From: Diplonema japonicum
Taxonomy: Eukaryota; Protista; Euglenozoa: Diplonemea
Assembly: GCA_964019335.1 (NCBI GenBank)
Contig: OZ025718.1
Span: forward strand, 372,001 to 436,000
Reading direction: 5' to 3'
DNA length: 64,000 bases
The notes beneath the pieces were generated by a model. The model was not told where the DNA came from. It saw nothing but the letters and a program-made list of their open reading frames with translations, and ran no database searches. The position numbers and the translations under genes were made by a program. Positions within the stretch are counted from its first letter, which is position 1. Each line of letters begins with the position of its first letter. Positions 38,585-50,897 of the stretch are shown here, piece after piece.

Positions 38585-39126
38585 GAGGACGGGATTTCTT
38601 TTCCTTTTTTTCCCCTCTCCGCTTCACATCCTCGCCTGTTTTTTTTTCTTCCCTTTTTTTTTTAAACCTAAATACGCAACAAAAAGGAGAAGAATAAGAA
38701 GAGAGAGATAAAAAAAAGGGGGAAGTGAGAGGAGGGGGGAAACAATCTAACAACAACCACATGAACAGCGATTCGAGGAAGATACGTGCGGCGGGGCACG
38801 TGACGTAAAATTTTGTATTCTTTTTTTTTTTTTCCATTTTTTTTTTGTAGCTTCTTTTTTTCCCCTCTTTGAGAGGAGTTCATTTTTTTTTTCTCTTTTT
38901 TTTTGCATTTTTTTTTTTTTTTGCTTTTTTTTTTTGGTTCTTCGCTTTCGGTATTTTTACGATCTGCCCGTCCATGAGGGGAATGCTGCCCTCTGCGTGG
39001 CGAGGACACACAGGAAACTCTAGCAAGGAACGCATGTTGCTGAGATTTCAACTGCGCACACAGCGGTGCGGCGGGTTTATATCTGCACAAGTGGAGTGAA
39101 ATAGTACAATACAAGTGGCTGGACAC

Positions 39127-40305
39127 CTAAAAGGCTGGGTGGCGCTTGATGGGTGTGTTGAAGTAGGATGGTGGGGTGGCCTTGGGGCTCAGTGGCATGG
39201 CACCGCGAGGAGATAACACTGCTGCAGAAGGCAAGTCGGGGAGCAGTGTTGAGTGCACAGCCAGTGCTTCATGGTGCGCTGCAAGCTTGCCTTCGGACAC
39301 TGCTAGCTTGTTCCTCGCCTGCATCACAGCACTGGCAGCGGCATCGGCAGCAGCACGTGTCGACGCCTCGTGTGCCTGGCTCTCGTACAGGTCCCGGCTG
39401 GACACAGCACGCCGTGTTCTCTGTGCCTCCACTTCAACCTGCAGCATGGAGCACGCATGGTCCACCTGTGCGAGCTCCGCTTGCGCACTGGCTGCAATAT
39501 TGCTCTGCTCCTGATGTCTCTTAACCGCCTCGCCGTACCCAGCTTTTGCTGCCGCGTGCCCCGCCGCCCTTGCCCTCGCCTCTTCCTCCGCCAGCATGGC
39601 CTCCGCCACCGCCCTGTTCACCATCTCAGCTGCTGCCGCAACCTCTTCCTTTGCAGAGGTCAGCACGTCGTTTGCTGTCTTGTCCTTCGCGATGGCCTCC
39701 TGCAGTGCGGCGCTGGTGGCGACGGCGGCGACGGAGGCAGCTGACTGTTTCATCTCGGCGGCTGCAAGAACAGCCTCCGCCTCATGCATCTTGCTGCTGC
39801 TTAGAACGGCTACCTCCGCAGCGCGATGTGCCCCTGCCTCCGTTGCAAGCTCGCGTTCGTGTGCTGCGCCGACCCCTGCCCGGAACATGCTGACCTTATC
39901 GGACTGCGCACGGGCAGAGGCGGCGATGGCAGTGCGCTCGTTCTGGCATGTGGTGAGGCGGTCGCAGGCGTGGTTCGCATCGCGATCCTGCGACGCGGCA
40001 AGGGCGGCGGCCATCGACGTGGCGGTGATGGCGTTGGCGTGTGCGCCCTCCACAGCTGCGTAGCGCGTCTGCGCGGTGGCAAGGCCGTAAGTGTCTTGGT
40101 CAGTTGCATGTGCTGCGCGGCCTGCCTCAAGGACGACATGGGCTTGTGCAGCGTGCACCTCTGCCATCTGCATCTCGAGCACATGCTGCGCCCTTGTCTC
40201 TTGGTACGAACGCTCGTCAGCCTCGCTCTGTGCACGCCGCTCAGCCAGCGTGTACTTGTTCGAGATGGGGGCGGGCCGGACAGTACTGCGTGAGGCTGGG
40301 TACAT
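39127..40305 (-). CDS. Alanine-rich coiled-coil hypothetical protein
   Basis: 392-aa ORF in the same orientation as the array, with pyrimidine tract + AG upstream. Confidence 0.75.
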   Translation of the reverse strand: MYPASRSTVRPAPISNKYTLAERRAQSEADERSYQETRAQHVLEMQMAEVHAAQAHVVLEAGRAAHATDQDTYGLATAQTRYAAVEGAHANAITATSMAAALAASQDRDANHACDRLTTCQNERTAIAASARAQSDKVSMFRAGVGAAHERELATEAGAHRAAEVAVLSSSKMHEAEAVLAAAEMKQSAASVAAVATSAALQEAIAKDKTANDVLTSAKEEVAAAAEMVNRAVAEAMLAEEEARARAAGHAAAKAGYGEAVKRHQEQSNIAASAQAELAQVDHACSMLQVEVEAQRTRRAVSSRDLYESQAHEASTRAAADAAASAVMQARNKLAVSEGKLAAHHEALAVHSTLLPDLPSAAVLSPRGAMPLSPKATPPSYFNTPIKRHPAF

Positions 40306-41916
40306 AATCTTTCGATGCCCTGTAGTGCATACAAAGCAGGGGGGAGGGGAGGGGGGAAATGAGGGAGGCGAACGAAGGAAAGGAACGGGGAAATACTCAT
40401 ATAAAACTGTGACGGCGAAAAAAAAAAAAAGAAAAAAAAAAAAAACTACACGTAAGGGCTTATCTGCACGTACTAGTCGTGTGAGGGAGAGAAAACATAA
40501 AAGGATGGGGAGGGAAGAAGAAAAAAAAATGGGGGGAGAGAAAGGGAACTGGATGTTGATTTTTCACGAAGCGGCATCAGAGGGATACTCAAAAAGGTCA
40601 GCAAATTCTACTAATTCCTCCCACTGAAAGCTGCCACAGTCCTTTCCGTGTTGGTTGAAACCTGAAAAATCACACATGCCACCATCCCCCTTCATTCAAT
40701 TTATGGGGGAAAAAAGTACTGTTTTTTTATTATTAAAAAGGTAAAGGCATTTTTTGCTCCGCTTCAGCAGGTCTTTTAAGATTAACTTACCAAGGGGGAA
40801 ATAGGGAAAGAGGGGGGGGTTAGAAAGGGAGAGGAGAACATAAGAGAAAAGAGAAGTATAAAGAAGAGAATAATACTCTTTGAAGAAAAAAAAAAAAGAA
40901 AAAGAAAAAAGAAAAAGAAGATAAAACACACAATTTTGCCAAAAAGCTCACCTTTTTCTTTCTTTCTTTTTTTTTTTTTTTTTAAAGTTCTTTTCTCGAA
41001 GAAGGGGAAATAAAAAATTTTAATTCTTATTCGTTTTTTTTTCTTTTTTTTTTCTTTTTTTTTTCTTTTTTTCCCGGACTGACCATCCCAAGCACCACCA
41101 CTCCCCCCTCTTTTTTTTTTTTTAAAAAGCATCATATTGAATGGCAAGAAAAAAAAAAGGGTGAGGGAGGGGAGAAATAGGGGAAATAAGGCAGTCTGGT
41201 TTTTTTTCTCTTTTTTTTTTCTTCTTTTCTTGTCGCCGACTTATTCTAGCTACTATTTTGTATTTACTCCCCCCCTTTCTCTCCTTTTTTAAAAAAGATT
41301 TTTTTTTTTAATTCGAAAATCGCAGCAGTGTGTATCTTTCGAAAACCATGGAAGAAAAAAAAAAAGAAAAAAAAAAAAAAAAAAAAAAAAAGGGGTGAGA
41401 TTGAAGAGTACTAAAGGATTTGAAGGATTGGAAAAGACCGGGGGGGTGCGTCAGAAAAGAGAAAGGAAAACACACCCTCTTCCCCCTTTCCTCCCAGCTG
41501 TGCACCTTGGGTACATCTAGAGAACCGGGGAGAAAAGGGTGCAATGTAAGAAAGAAAAAAAAAAGGGGGGACTATTAAAATAATTTTCTCTTTTGACTGG
41601 GTCCGGTGGGTGGCTCCTCTCCTAGTTTGATTTTTTTTTTTGTTAAAAAAATCTCTTTAACTCTTTTTTGTTTCTTTGCCCTGGTCTTTTTTTTTTTTTT
41701 TGAACACCTTGCTTTCTAGTGTCCGTCAAGATCGAAACTAGAGGCAGTGATTTTTGATTCAGTGTTTCTTTTGTGTGTCACTGACATAATCTTTGTAAAG
41801 ACTGGTCCAGTTTCAGGGGCCTGTCGAAACGCCTTAACGCCGTGATACGGTGGACAGGGGCGTTTAGATCCTTATTTTTTGAATTTTTTTTATATTGTAT
41901 CTCGAGGAGGACAAGG

Positions 41917-41956
<40 letters not shown>

Positions 41957-42013
41957 ATTCTGGCGCTTTTGTTTTCTTACTGTTAGCACGGAGGGGGGGG
42001 AAATTAAATAAAT

Positions 42014-43888
42014 ATGGTCACCTCTCCGCTATTTGTCACAAAGTACCGCCCACAAATTTCATATTTCTTTAAGTGTAAACATCAAAAGCCATGCCTGGAT
42101 TTGCTCCAGAAGTGGAATAAAATTTTGAATAAGAAAATCATGGCTAGGTGCTGTCATTTTTTTTTTTTACTTTCTTTAAACCCAGCGAAACTTAAGCATG
42201 ATTTACACTACTTTTCAAATTCCATGTCGAAGTTGTGCAAACAACTGTGTTCATACGCCACGAAAACCGGTACCTTGTTGTCCAGCTTCCCTCAGGCCAT
42301 GCAGTCGAAGTTGGGGGTCACACACTGTGAAGTCGTGAAGCCCTTCAAGGGTAGTGACTTCAGAGCACTCGGCGCAGCCGATACGGCGCACCTCGGTGTC
42401 TGTGGACACTGCCTGATATGTCTCGGGCGTTTCTTCAGGAAGGTGGAGTAGCCACTACATCAGCACCCGAGCCCAGGTACTGTACGTGGAACTCATGAAA
42501 AGTGCCTTGGACGTAACACAGCCCAATGCGTTGATCACTCCCGGGAGAAACACGAATTGTTCTGCGATTTTGATGCAAAATCGATTCATTTTGCCACCAA
42601 GTCACAATAGCGCTTGCGGGGGACTCTCGTGTTCTGTAACACAAACGCTTGTCACTGTTGTCCAAGGAAAAGAACTTGACGATGTCCTTCGGGTCGACAT
42701 CCTTGTCCAGGAAAGAAGTGAAAAAGTCCCTCTTTGCCTTTGGTGAGAACTCGCGTAAGGCCTTCTGAACGGGGTACTCTTCGGGGGCTCTGCAGTGTTC
42801 GTCGTTGTAAGCCTCTTGCGCTTCAGGGTGGGGGCTCTAAACTCCTCCTCGTCTTCGGCTTCCTCTTCCTCTTTCTGCCGCCTAACGTTCTCGTTATGCA
42901 GATGACCCTATCCTCAACCACATAACTAGGGATTCCCAAGGAATTCCTAGCGTTCCAAGTATTCTCTGGGATCGACCGAAGTGTTTCCCTCTTCACAATT
43001 CCTAAACACTCCTTCGACTTCGTGGCCTCTGGGCAGTTGAAGTTACTACTTGGAGTGACCCTTAGCCCACCCATTCTCGAGACCAGCTCTGTTAGGCAGT
43101 GCAAAACACACTTGTTTGCAGCTCTCGTGTCATTCTGTCAGCACATTCTGGAGTGTTTCGGGAACTGTTCCGACTGTTCGCCTATCATCCTTCCGAGCTG
43201 TGGTTCTTCTCACTTTGTGCCGGAGGATGAAATTACGATCCGTAAGTTTGAAAAATGTCAAGCGCAGAAAAGCTGTCTGTTCTGAGGCGGCTGAAACCAC
43301 CGTTTCTCCCACCGTTCCTTTGGCTCTTTGCAGTAGATGCCGAAAGGCCGCTGCAAGAGTCCCAACAGCACCCCACAAGTACCTCATGGTGTTTGCTGGG
43401 CCAAAAGAGCACTCTGAAGCACTTAGAAGTGTCGCTGTGTAGAAAATCTGATTCTATTGCCCGGATCAGGAGGGCCAAAAACAGGCCAAAAAACGCACAC
43501 AAATTGGCTCACTAGTGCCCACCGAAGATCGAACAGAGACAAAAGCACCTTCCAGTGGGACCCCTCTTTGGCTGCAGATTGTCAATAAAATTTTGAATAA
43601 GAGATCTATGGTTAAATGCTGCGCGTTTCTGGGTGAATAAATCGGGATTTACTGCATTTTCCCCGTTTTCGTGACAGCCGAATTTCGGTTCATTTTTATG
43701 TTTCAGCCCCCCACATTGTATTTTTTCTCAAAAGCAAGCCCTTTAACGGAGTTTTCGGGACTATTTACACATTTCTTTCATACTTCCTGTGGTTGCATGC
43801 TGCCCCTTTTTTGTGAAAATTTAAAAAAAGCGTTTTTCTTTCTCATTTTTCGAAAAAAAGCATTGACAAATAGCGGAGAGGTGACCAT
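42014..43888 (-). mobile_element. Degenerate DNA transposon with perfect 25-bp terminal inverted repeats
   Basis: ATGGTCACCTCTCCGCTATTTGTCA at 42014-42038 and its reverse complement at 43864-43888. The interior is homopolymer-poor with broken minus-strand reading frames; direct repeat AATAAAATTTTGAATAAGA at 42116 and 43584. Confidence 0.8.
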
Positions 43889-44633
43889 TTAAAAAAAAGC
43901 TGTATAAAATCAACCAAATGTGCTGCCAATGAATAGCCCTTGGGGGGGGGGGGGGGGGGGGGGTCAACATTGCTATGAATTCCTTGTTTTTATTTTTCTC
44001 ACTATTGTTTTCATACAAAGAGTAAAAGCACCCCCCCCCTCCCCCCCTCCCCCTTTTTTTTGGCTTAATCTATATGTCAGAAAAGGGACAACGTGGGGTG
44101 GGAGGGCTAGTTATAAGGGGGGGGGAAAAAAGGACCTTTCTTTATTAATTTCACATTGATGGTCACACAAAAAAAAAGTTCCCTCGATTTGAATGGAAGA
44201 AAACAAAGGGGTGCCTCGAAGAAAAGAAAATACTTGATATCTCCAACCACGATGCCCCCACATAAATCTCTAACCCACTTGCTCTCACCCCACACATTCT
44301 TCTGGAATAGAGGGGGGAAATTGCTAAAAAAAAAGGTTAAATATCTCAACAGCCTAAGAGACTCGTTGGCCTTACGTTTTTTTTTTCTTTTTTTTTTTTT
44401 CTTCTTCTCCCCCCACTCTTTTATTAAAACTGCAAAAAAAAAGTTCTAAAATCCACTCTGAATTTTGAAGATTTTTTTCCCCCCGTTCCCCCTCCTCCCC
44501 TCCAACGTGAGAGGGGTTTTGTTATTTGATCAGGAGGGGGAAAAAAAAAAGAAAAAAAAAAAAGAGACATTTAAAAAAGAAGGGAGAAGAAAAAAAATGA
44601 CATAAACACATAAGAGCATTTACATGACACAAA

Positions 44634-44664
<31 letters not shown>

Positions 44665-44875
44665 GCAAAACGAATTATTTCGCAAAGCAGAGAGTGAATG
44701 AATGGAACGGGAAAAAAAAGAAAAGAAAAAAAGCAAAAGACCGATGCACCGTAACTTCTGCTTTTGAACTACTGTCCTTTCCTTTACTATAATTTTTTTA
44801 TTAAATCCATCAAAATTATCCTACTTTTTCCACAGTTTTGTGAGTGCTACTTTTTTTTTTTTCTAAAAAAAAAAT

Positions 44876-45165
44876 GGGGCTTTGATTGCAACACTAGGTG
44901 GCGTTAAGCGTGCAATGAAGCACGAACTACCTACTTGATTACAGGGGGCGCTCCCCGGCCGAGTTGTAGCTTCTTTTGCGTTCCGCGTCGTGTCCTTAAT
45001 GCGTGCGGTGTGCTCAACCCTAGCCGGGGCGTCCCGGGTAACCAAGATTCTGCGCTCGTGCAGTTTGCTGCCTGTTCGTCACCCTGAGCATCTGCGTTAC
45101 GTTCTTCCACTCGGGCGCTACCGGTGATGACCGACGAGGAGGTCAACAGCGAACAACACATCTGA
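44876..45165 (-). ncRNA. Candidate structured ncRNA (~290 nt), family unrecognised
   Basis: GC-rich island with nested helices whose non-canonical pairs are G-U on the minus strand and A-C on the plus strand. Confidence 0.5.
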
Positions 45166-46144
45166 TGTACTTCTTATATTTCCATGTTATCCCCACCACC
45201 TTTAAAAAAAGGTTTAAGAAAAAGAAGAAAAAAAAGCATTGCTCCTTTAAATCTTTAAATCTTTTTTTAACTGATGGTTTAAGGAGCGAAAGAAGAAACA
45301 TAAAAAAAAAGGAAAGGGAAAAAAAAAAAAAGAAGAACTCCAATGAGTTTTTTCTTTTTTCTCGTTTTCTCTTTCTTTTTTTTCCTTCTTCATTCCTCTC
45401 CCTATAAAGATTGGAGGGAACAAAACAAAAAAAAAACAAGAAAAGAAAAAAAAGAAAAGGAAAAGAGAAAAAAAAAGGGGGGGGGGAAAGAGGGAAAAAT
45501 CAAAACAACCATAGAGTCATAATCGTTTTCTATTTTTTTTCCTTTCCCCCCCCTTTTTTTTTCTCATTCCCCTTCGCCTCCCCAACCCGTGAAGGGGGAG
45601 GTTAGAAAAAAAGAAGAAAAAAAAAAAAAAAACAGAAGAGAGCGGGGGGGAAAAAAGGGAAAGAAAAAAAAAAAAAAGAAGAAAAAAAAAAAAAAAAAAA
45701 ACCTCATCCAAGTTGAAATTGGTTCATTTTTTTTTTTTTTAAAACGTTCCCCTTTGTTTATTCTTAAGTTGCAACTTGTTTTCAAGTCTAAAACTGCAAG
45801 GGTCGATTTTTTTTTTCTTTCCGAAACGCAAGAAAAAAAAGGGGGGGGGGGGAGGGAGACAAAAAGAAATTAATCAAACATGCCACATCAGATGTTGAGA
45901 ACAGTGCCTCAATAACGAGGGGTGAAGAAGAAGAAGAAGAGGAGGGGAAAACAAAGTTGTCCGACACACACGGTAGGCTAGCCCATCCTTCCGAAGAAGA
46001 ACTAATCATGTTGGACCGCCAAATAGTGCTATCTAAACAGTGTAAAAATTACCACTATTTTCACGTGCGCAAAAATAAATCATGCAAGAAAAAAAAAAAA
46101 AGAAAAGAAAAAAAGAGTAAGGTGTTTAAGGGTATTTTCGTTTA

Positions 46145-46175
<31 letters not shown>

Positions 46176-46723
46176 GGTAACTGAAGCCACGAAAACGATG
46201 TCAGGAGAGATGGAGGGGGGATAAATATCCCAACATTACACTCTGTATAGGGAATAGCTGCATAACAAAACCCTCCAGGTATTTCTTTTTTCTAGCGTTG
46301 GGGAGGGGCATCCCTTTATTTTCCTTCTTCTTGGACAGACGTGTTTCACACCTAGTTCCCCATTCCTGACACCCCCCCTTTTTTTTTCTTCATTTACAGT
46401 ATTTAAAAGTTTGAAGTTTCTTTTTTAAATTTTAGGAACAGATTTCAGCACAGCATATTTCTTTTTAAGTTCGTCATGCAAAAGGGGCTACATAGATCGG
46501 CTGAGAAACATTTTTTTCCCCACAACCGAACAGCTTTTGGCACCTCAGAGCCCCTCTTTTTTTTTTTTTTTTTTTTTTCTTCTGAATCTCTCCTCCGATA
46601 GGTGAGAGATATGCAGCGGTAGAAAGAGAAAAAAAGAAATGCGGGGCAATCGAAAAATAAAATGAAATAAAATAAAAAATAAAAACCACTTCTTTCTTCA
46701 TTTTTTTCTTCTTTTTCTTTCTT

Positions 46724-46755
<32 letters not shown>

Positions 46756-47229
46756 CCAGTCCCCGAGAAAGGGGTAAATTAAAGGAAAAAAAGGGGCCGA
46801 GTGCGAGATGCACAAGTTTATTATTATTATTTTTTTTTTTCTTCCCTTCTTCCGTAGAAGAGAAAATGGAGAGAAAAAAAGGGAGTACGGGGGAGGGGGG
46901 CGAGAGTATATAGATAGATAAGGTAAGGTAGAGAGAGAAAGTAAAGATCCCCGCTATTTTTGTTCTTTTCTTTGTTCTATTTATTCAAAAGGGGGGGTGG
47001 GGGGGGTGTTGTTACGTAAAAGTATCTACTACCTTTGGAGAGAGAAGGAAAAAAACAGGGAGAAAATAAATATTCCGAATAATTCTTCCTTTCGTTGCCC
47101 TCTCAGTCCCTCTTTCTTGCAAAAAAAAAAAGAGGAAAAACAAAAGAAAAAAGAAAAAAGGCAAGAAGGGAATAGAGAGGGAAAGGAATGAGTATCGATT
47201 TTTTTTTAAACATGCCACACATTCATTCA

Positions 47230-47280
<51 letters not shown>

Positions 47281-47665
47281 AAAAGTTTTTTTTTGATCCG
47301 AGGAAAAAGGACACATAGAGAGGAAAAAAAAAAAAGAAAAGCTGCAAAAAAAAAAAAAAAAAAAAAAAACTCAAAGTGCAGGACAAACCCCCTCATTTTT
47401 TCCTTACTCGCCATGCCATCCTCCCCCCCCCGACCAAAAACCATTTCAAAAAAAAAAAAGGAATCAACGAGGGACAAAGGGAAGGGGAAAGGAAGGAAAG
47501 GGGAAAAAAAAAAAAAAGTGAATTTTTTTTTCTCCCCATCCCCTCCCACACACAAGTAGCGGGAGAGAGAGTATAATAATAAAATAAAAATAAAAAAAAA
47601 AATAAAAATAAAAAAAAACCCCACGCACTCAAAAAAAAAAAAAAAAAAAAAAAAAGTAACTATTT

Positions 47666-48877
47666 TCAATTCGTTTTCAAAAAGAGTTCAAGATCCTGCG
47701 CCAAGGCATTGTCAATCAAATAAGAATCCTTGCTCAAATCAAGACCTCCGATAGGGTCTGACAAGTCTTCTTCAGTTGACGGAATGGAACCTGCAGCAGG
47801 GGACGACGGCGGCGATGGGTTCACACGTGTCCACAGCCTCTGGTGACTGAGGATGGAGGACAAAGGCGACCTTCCACTGTAACCCTTTCGGACAGGCGAC
47901 TGCCATCTCCCTAACGCGGCACTGCAGTGCTGCAACTGCGCCTTTATGAAATAAAGCCTGGTACACCCCAACCCGGCATTTGTCCCCATCGGTTCCACAA
48001 TGGAAAGCGTTTCGTCAGCGTGCACCTTAGGGGTCTTCAGACCACGATTCGGGTCGATGGTGAACTTATCAAATTGAAACTCATTTCCGTAAATTGTCGA
48101 AAACGACATTATCAATTCACCCGGAGAGGCGCAATTGGTTTCAACACAAACCGCAACAAGCATGCACAGCAACGCGTACGAGGTGATACCACCGGTATCG
48201 ACTTCACCCAAATTGTTGGTTTGAAGAAGAACCTGGCGTAAAACGATATGTGCGGGGATGATGAGAGGATGCTGTTCTATCCACCGTGTAGTGTGTTCGA
48301 CCGATCTCCTAGCATCACCTACAATGGTTGAAGCAAGGTTAATCGACAGAACTATCGGAGTGTGTGAAAACGGGGTTTCTGCTGTAATGTTGATAAGAGC
48401 ATTGTGGTGGTTGTTGCAAATGAGAGCTTTAATGTCTCCCAGGGATTGGAACGCGCTTTCCACCAGAGTTTTTGACAGTCGCCCGCAGCCTTCCAGAGCA
48501 ATGTTTAGGTTTGAATCCGGACACGCCATCCCTGCGGAGAAGGAACCGAACACTTCTGTCACTACTTGTTTTCCGAATTTTTCCGCGGCGATCTTTGTCA
48601 CGCAATCCACTAATCTGTCCCTCTCGTCGGTTTCTTTTTTCGTGAGTTTTAGGAAGTCGACGAAGGCGCACACTTCTCTTTCCAGGCAAAGAGATTTTTT
48701 ATCGACCCCGTCAGGGTACCATGGGGTAGATACCACTTGGTCCTGCTGTTGTGAGTACTGATGATGCGCCACTGCGCCGCCTTGGTACTGTGTGCTCTTC
48801 ACCCTCTTGTATGGGCTCACTTTAATGTATGTTACATTTCCTTCTGTTGGTGCCGCAGCTGCTTTTTTACTCTGCAT
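47666..48877 (-). CDS. Trf4/TENT4-like non-canonical poly(A) polymerase homolog lacking the catalytic aspartates
   Basis: LEREV.AFVDFL, VFGSF, NLGEVDTGGITSYAL and a PAP-associated LSIVEP segment; DxD position reads NLN. Confidence 0.82.
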   Translation of the reverse strand: MQSKKAAAAPTEGNVTYIKVSPYKRVKSTQYQGGAVAHHQYSQQQDQVVSTPWYPDGVDKKSLCLEREVCAFVDFLKLTKKETDERDRLVDCVTKIAAEKFGKQVVTEVFGSFSAGMACPDSNLNIALEGCGRLSKTLVESAFQSLGDIKALICNNHHNALINITAETPFSHTPIVLSINLASTIVGDARRSVEHTTRWIEQHPLIIPAHIVLRQVLLQTNNLGEVDTGGITSYALLCMLVAVCVETNCASPGELIMSFSTIYGNEFQFDKFTIDPNRGLKTPKVHADETLSIVEPMGTNAGLGCTRLYFIKAQLQHCSAALGRWQSPVRKGYSGRSPLSSILSHQRLWTRVNPSPPSSPAAGSIPSTEEDLSDPIGGLDLSKDSYLIDNALAQDLELFLKTN

Positions 48878-49651
48878 TTTTTTTTTTGCTGTCTTAAAAA
48901 AAAAAAGGTTTTGAGAAATGCAATTATTTTTTTTTTATAAAAAAAGGGGGGGTTTTTTTTTTAAAAAAAAATTAATTATATGGGAGGGGGTGGTGGAAAT
49001 AAATAAAGAGAGGGGGGTTTATTAAAAAAAAAAGGTGGGTGGGTGGGAGGGCGGAAAAAAAAAGAAGAAAAACGAATTAGAAACATATTTTTTTTTTTAA
49101 ATAGGAGAGATGGTGGAACAACTGTAGTGAAAAAACCGCTCTCTCTCTCTCTCTCTCCCTCTTTTTTTTTTTTTTTTTAAAACTCTTCTTGGGTTTGCGT
49201 GGAATGGAAGAAAAACGAAAATTGTACCCCCTCAGAAAGTAACAGACAGCAATTGTGTAAGGGGAAAAAGTAAGGGGGGGGGGGGGGGGGGGGGGGGGAC
49301 AGGTGTAAGGAAAAAAAGAGAAAAAAATGAGCATGTTTGTCGTCACCTCCCCTGGTGGATGCTGTTAAACCTTAGTTTCAGAAATCGACTATTCTGATGG
49401 TGTGCGCACTGGCACTCTTTTTTTTTTCTTCTTTTTTCTTTTCTTGTTTTTTGTTAATAATATTATAATTATAATGGGCACACTCCCCCCCCCCCCCCCC
49501 CCCCCCCCCCTGCGACATGCGACCATATCTACCCCCATATTCCTTTTAAAAATATCAACACTGAAGGGAGGGGGAGGGTGCAAAGGGTTATAGTACATTA
49601 AAAAAAAAAAATGAGGGAAAGAAACAACGGGAAAAAAAAAGGAAAAAAAAA

Positions 49652-50834
49652 TCACATCTTCCCGTCGCTCACCATTTCGAGCAAATCGGATATTTCAGCG
49701 GGTGCTGTGTGGTCAGCAGGGGTGTCAAAATCGATCCCTTCAATAACCCCACAGAGCTCCTTGTTATATCTTTCCAGGTCCTCCCTAGTCATTCTGGGGA
49801 TATTGATTACCTCAGTACTCGCACCCCCGTGTTGCGGCGACTTTTTTTTTTTTTTTTTTTCCCTTCCCGATCCATACCCCTTCATTGTCGTCAAATAGCG
49901 ACACTTTAAACCCTTGAGCAGAGGGCCTTTCACTGGAAACACCCAACAACGACCCCAACGCATTCAATTCCGCAGTCCCGGCCGACATCGACTTCACAGC
50001 TTGCAAAGATGAGGTGTTGTGCTTTGCGGCAGTGTGGCTGGTGGTGGGGGCAGCAGGCGCCGGCTCATCCTTCTTCCTGTTATTATTATTATTACTTTTT
50101 TTTTTTTTTTTTGAAACCTTTCGATGGTGTAGAAATTTTGCCCCAGCGTACACGCTCTCTTCGAGGGATCATACGGGTCGCCTCCGAGCTTGGGCCGAAC
50201 AGCGTCCTGCAGAGGATAGCTGAAGTTCTCCACGGACCCATCCTCGTGTCTGATGGTCCCCGGAACCTGCACATTGGCATCATCAGGCAAAGGACCGCCC
50301 TGCTGTATCACAAAACGTCCATCATGGTGCTGCATTTTCTCTTGGAGGAAGAGGGACACCTTCACCCGTTTCCGGATGGAGAAGTCGAGCAACGCTTGCC
50401 GCACCTTTTTTTTTTTTTTTTTTTTTTTTTTTTCCCTTTTTTTTTTCTTTTTTTTTTTTCTTTCTCCCACACCTGTGCGTACTCCGAAACACGCAGTTCT
50501 TTAGCGAAATTAATGAACGCGGACCTTGCGCTGTCTATTGCAGATGATGCTGGGCCGGCCTGCTTGCCAAGGGCAGACACGTAGTCGATGTGGTTCAAGG
50601 TGATGTCAATGAGCTCGGTGGGGTGCTTGGCGCTCATCACCTGGTATTTCACACCCATCACCACCAAATCGAACAGCTTGTCCATCGAATCACAGGAGAG
50701 CTTCATGATGCTGCTTTGCGCCAGTTTATTGCACACGTCTCTCGTTTGCTCCGGGGTGTACAGAGCGTGCGGCCGCAGCAGCTCGCTGATAAATGCCTCA
50801 TTGAAGAGCGCTCTTGTCAAATCGTACAAGACCT

Positions 50835-50897
<63 letters not shown>

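Noticed and set aside
45012-45025. AACCCTA as a telomerase RNA template
   Set aside because: Only 7 nt, inside a predicted helix, and on the strand disfavoured by the G-U pattern.
45122-45165. Plus-strand TGATGA...CTGA as a C/D snoRNA, U3 or hammerhead
   Set aside because: Too short; no U3 box A/B and no hammerhead GAAA; folding favours the minus strand.
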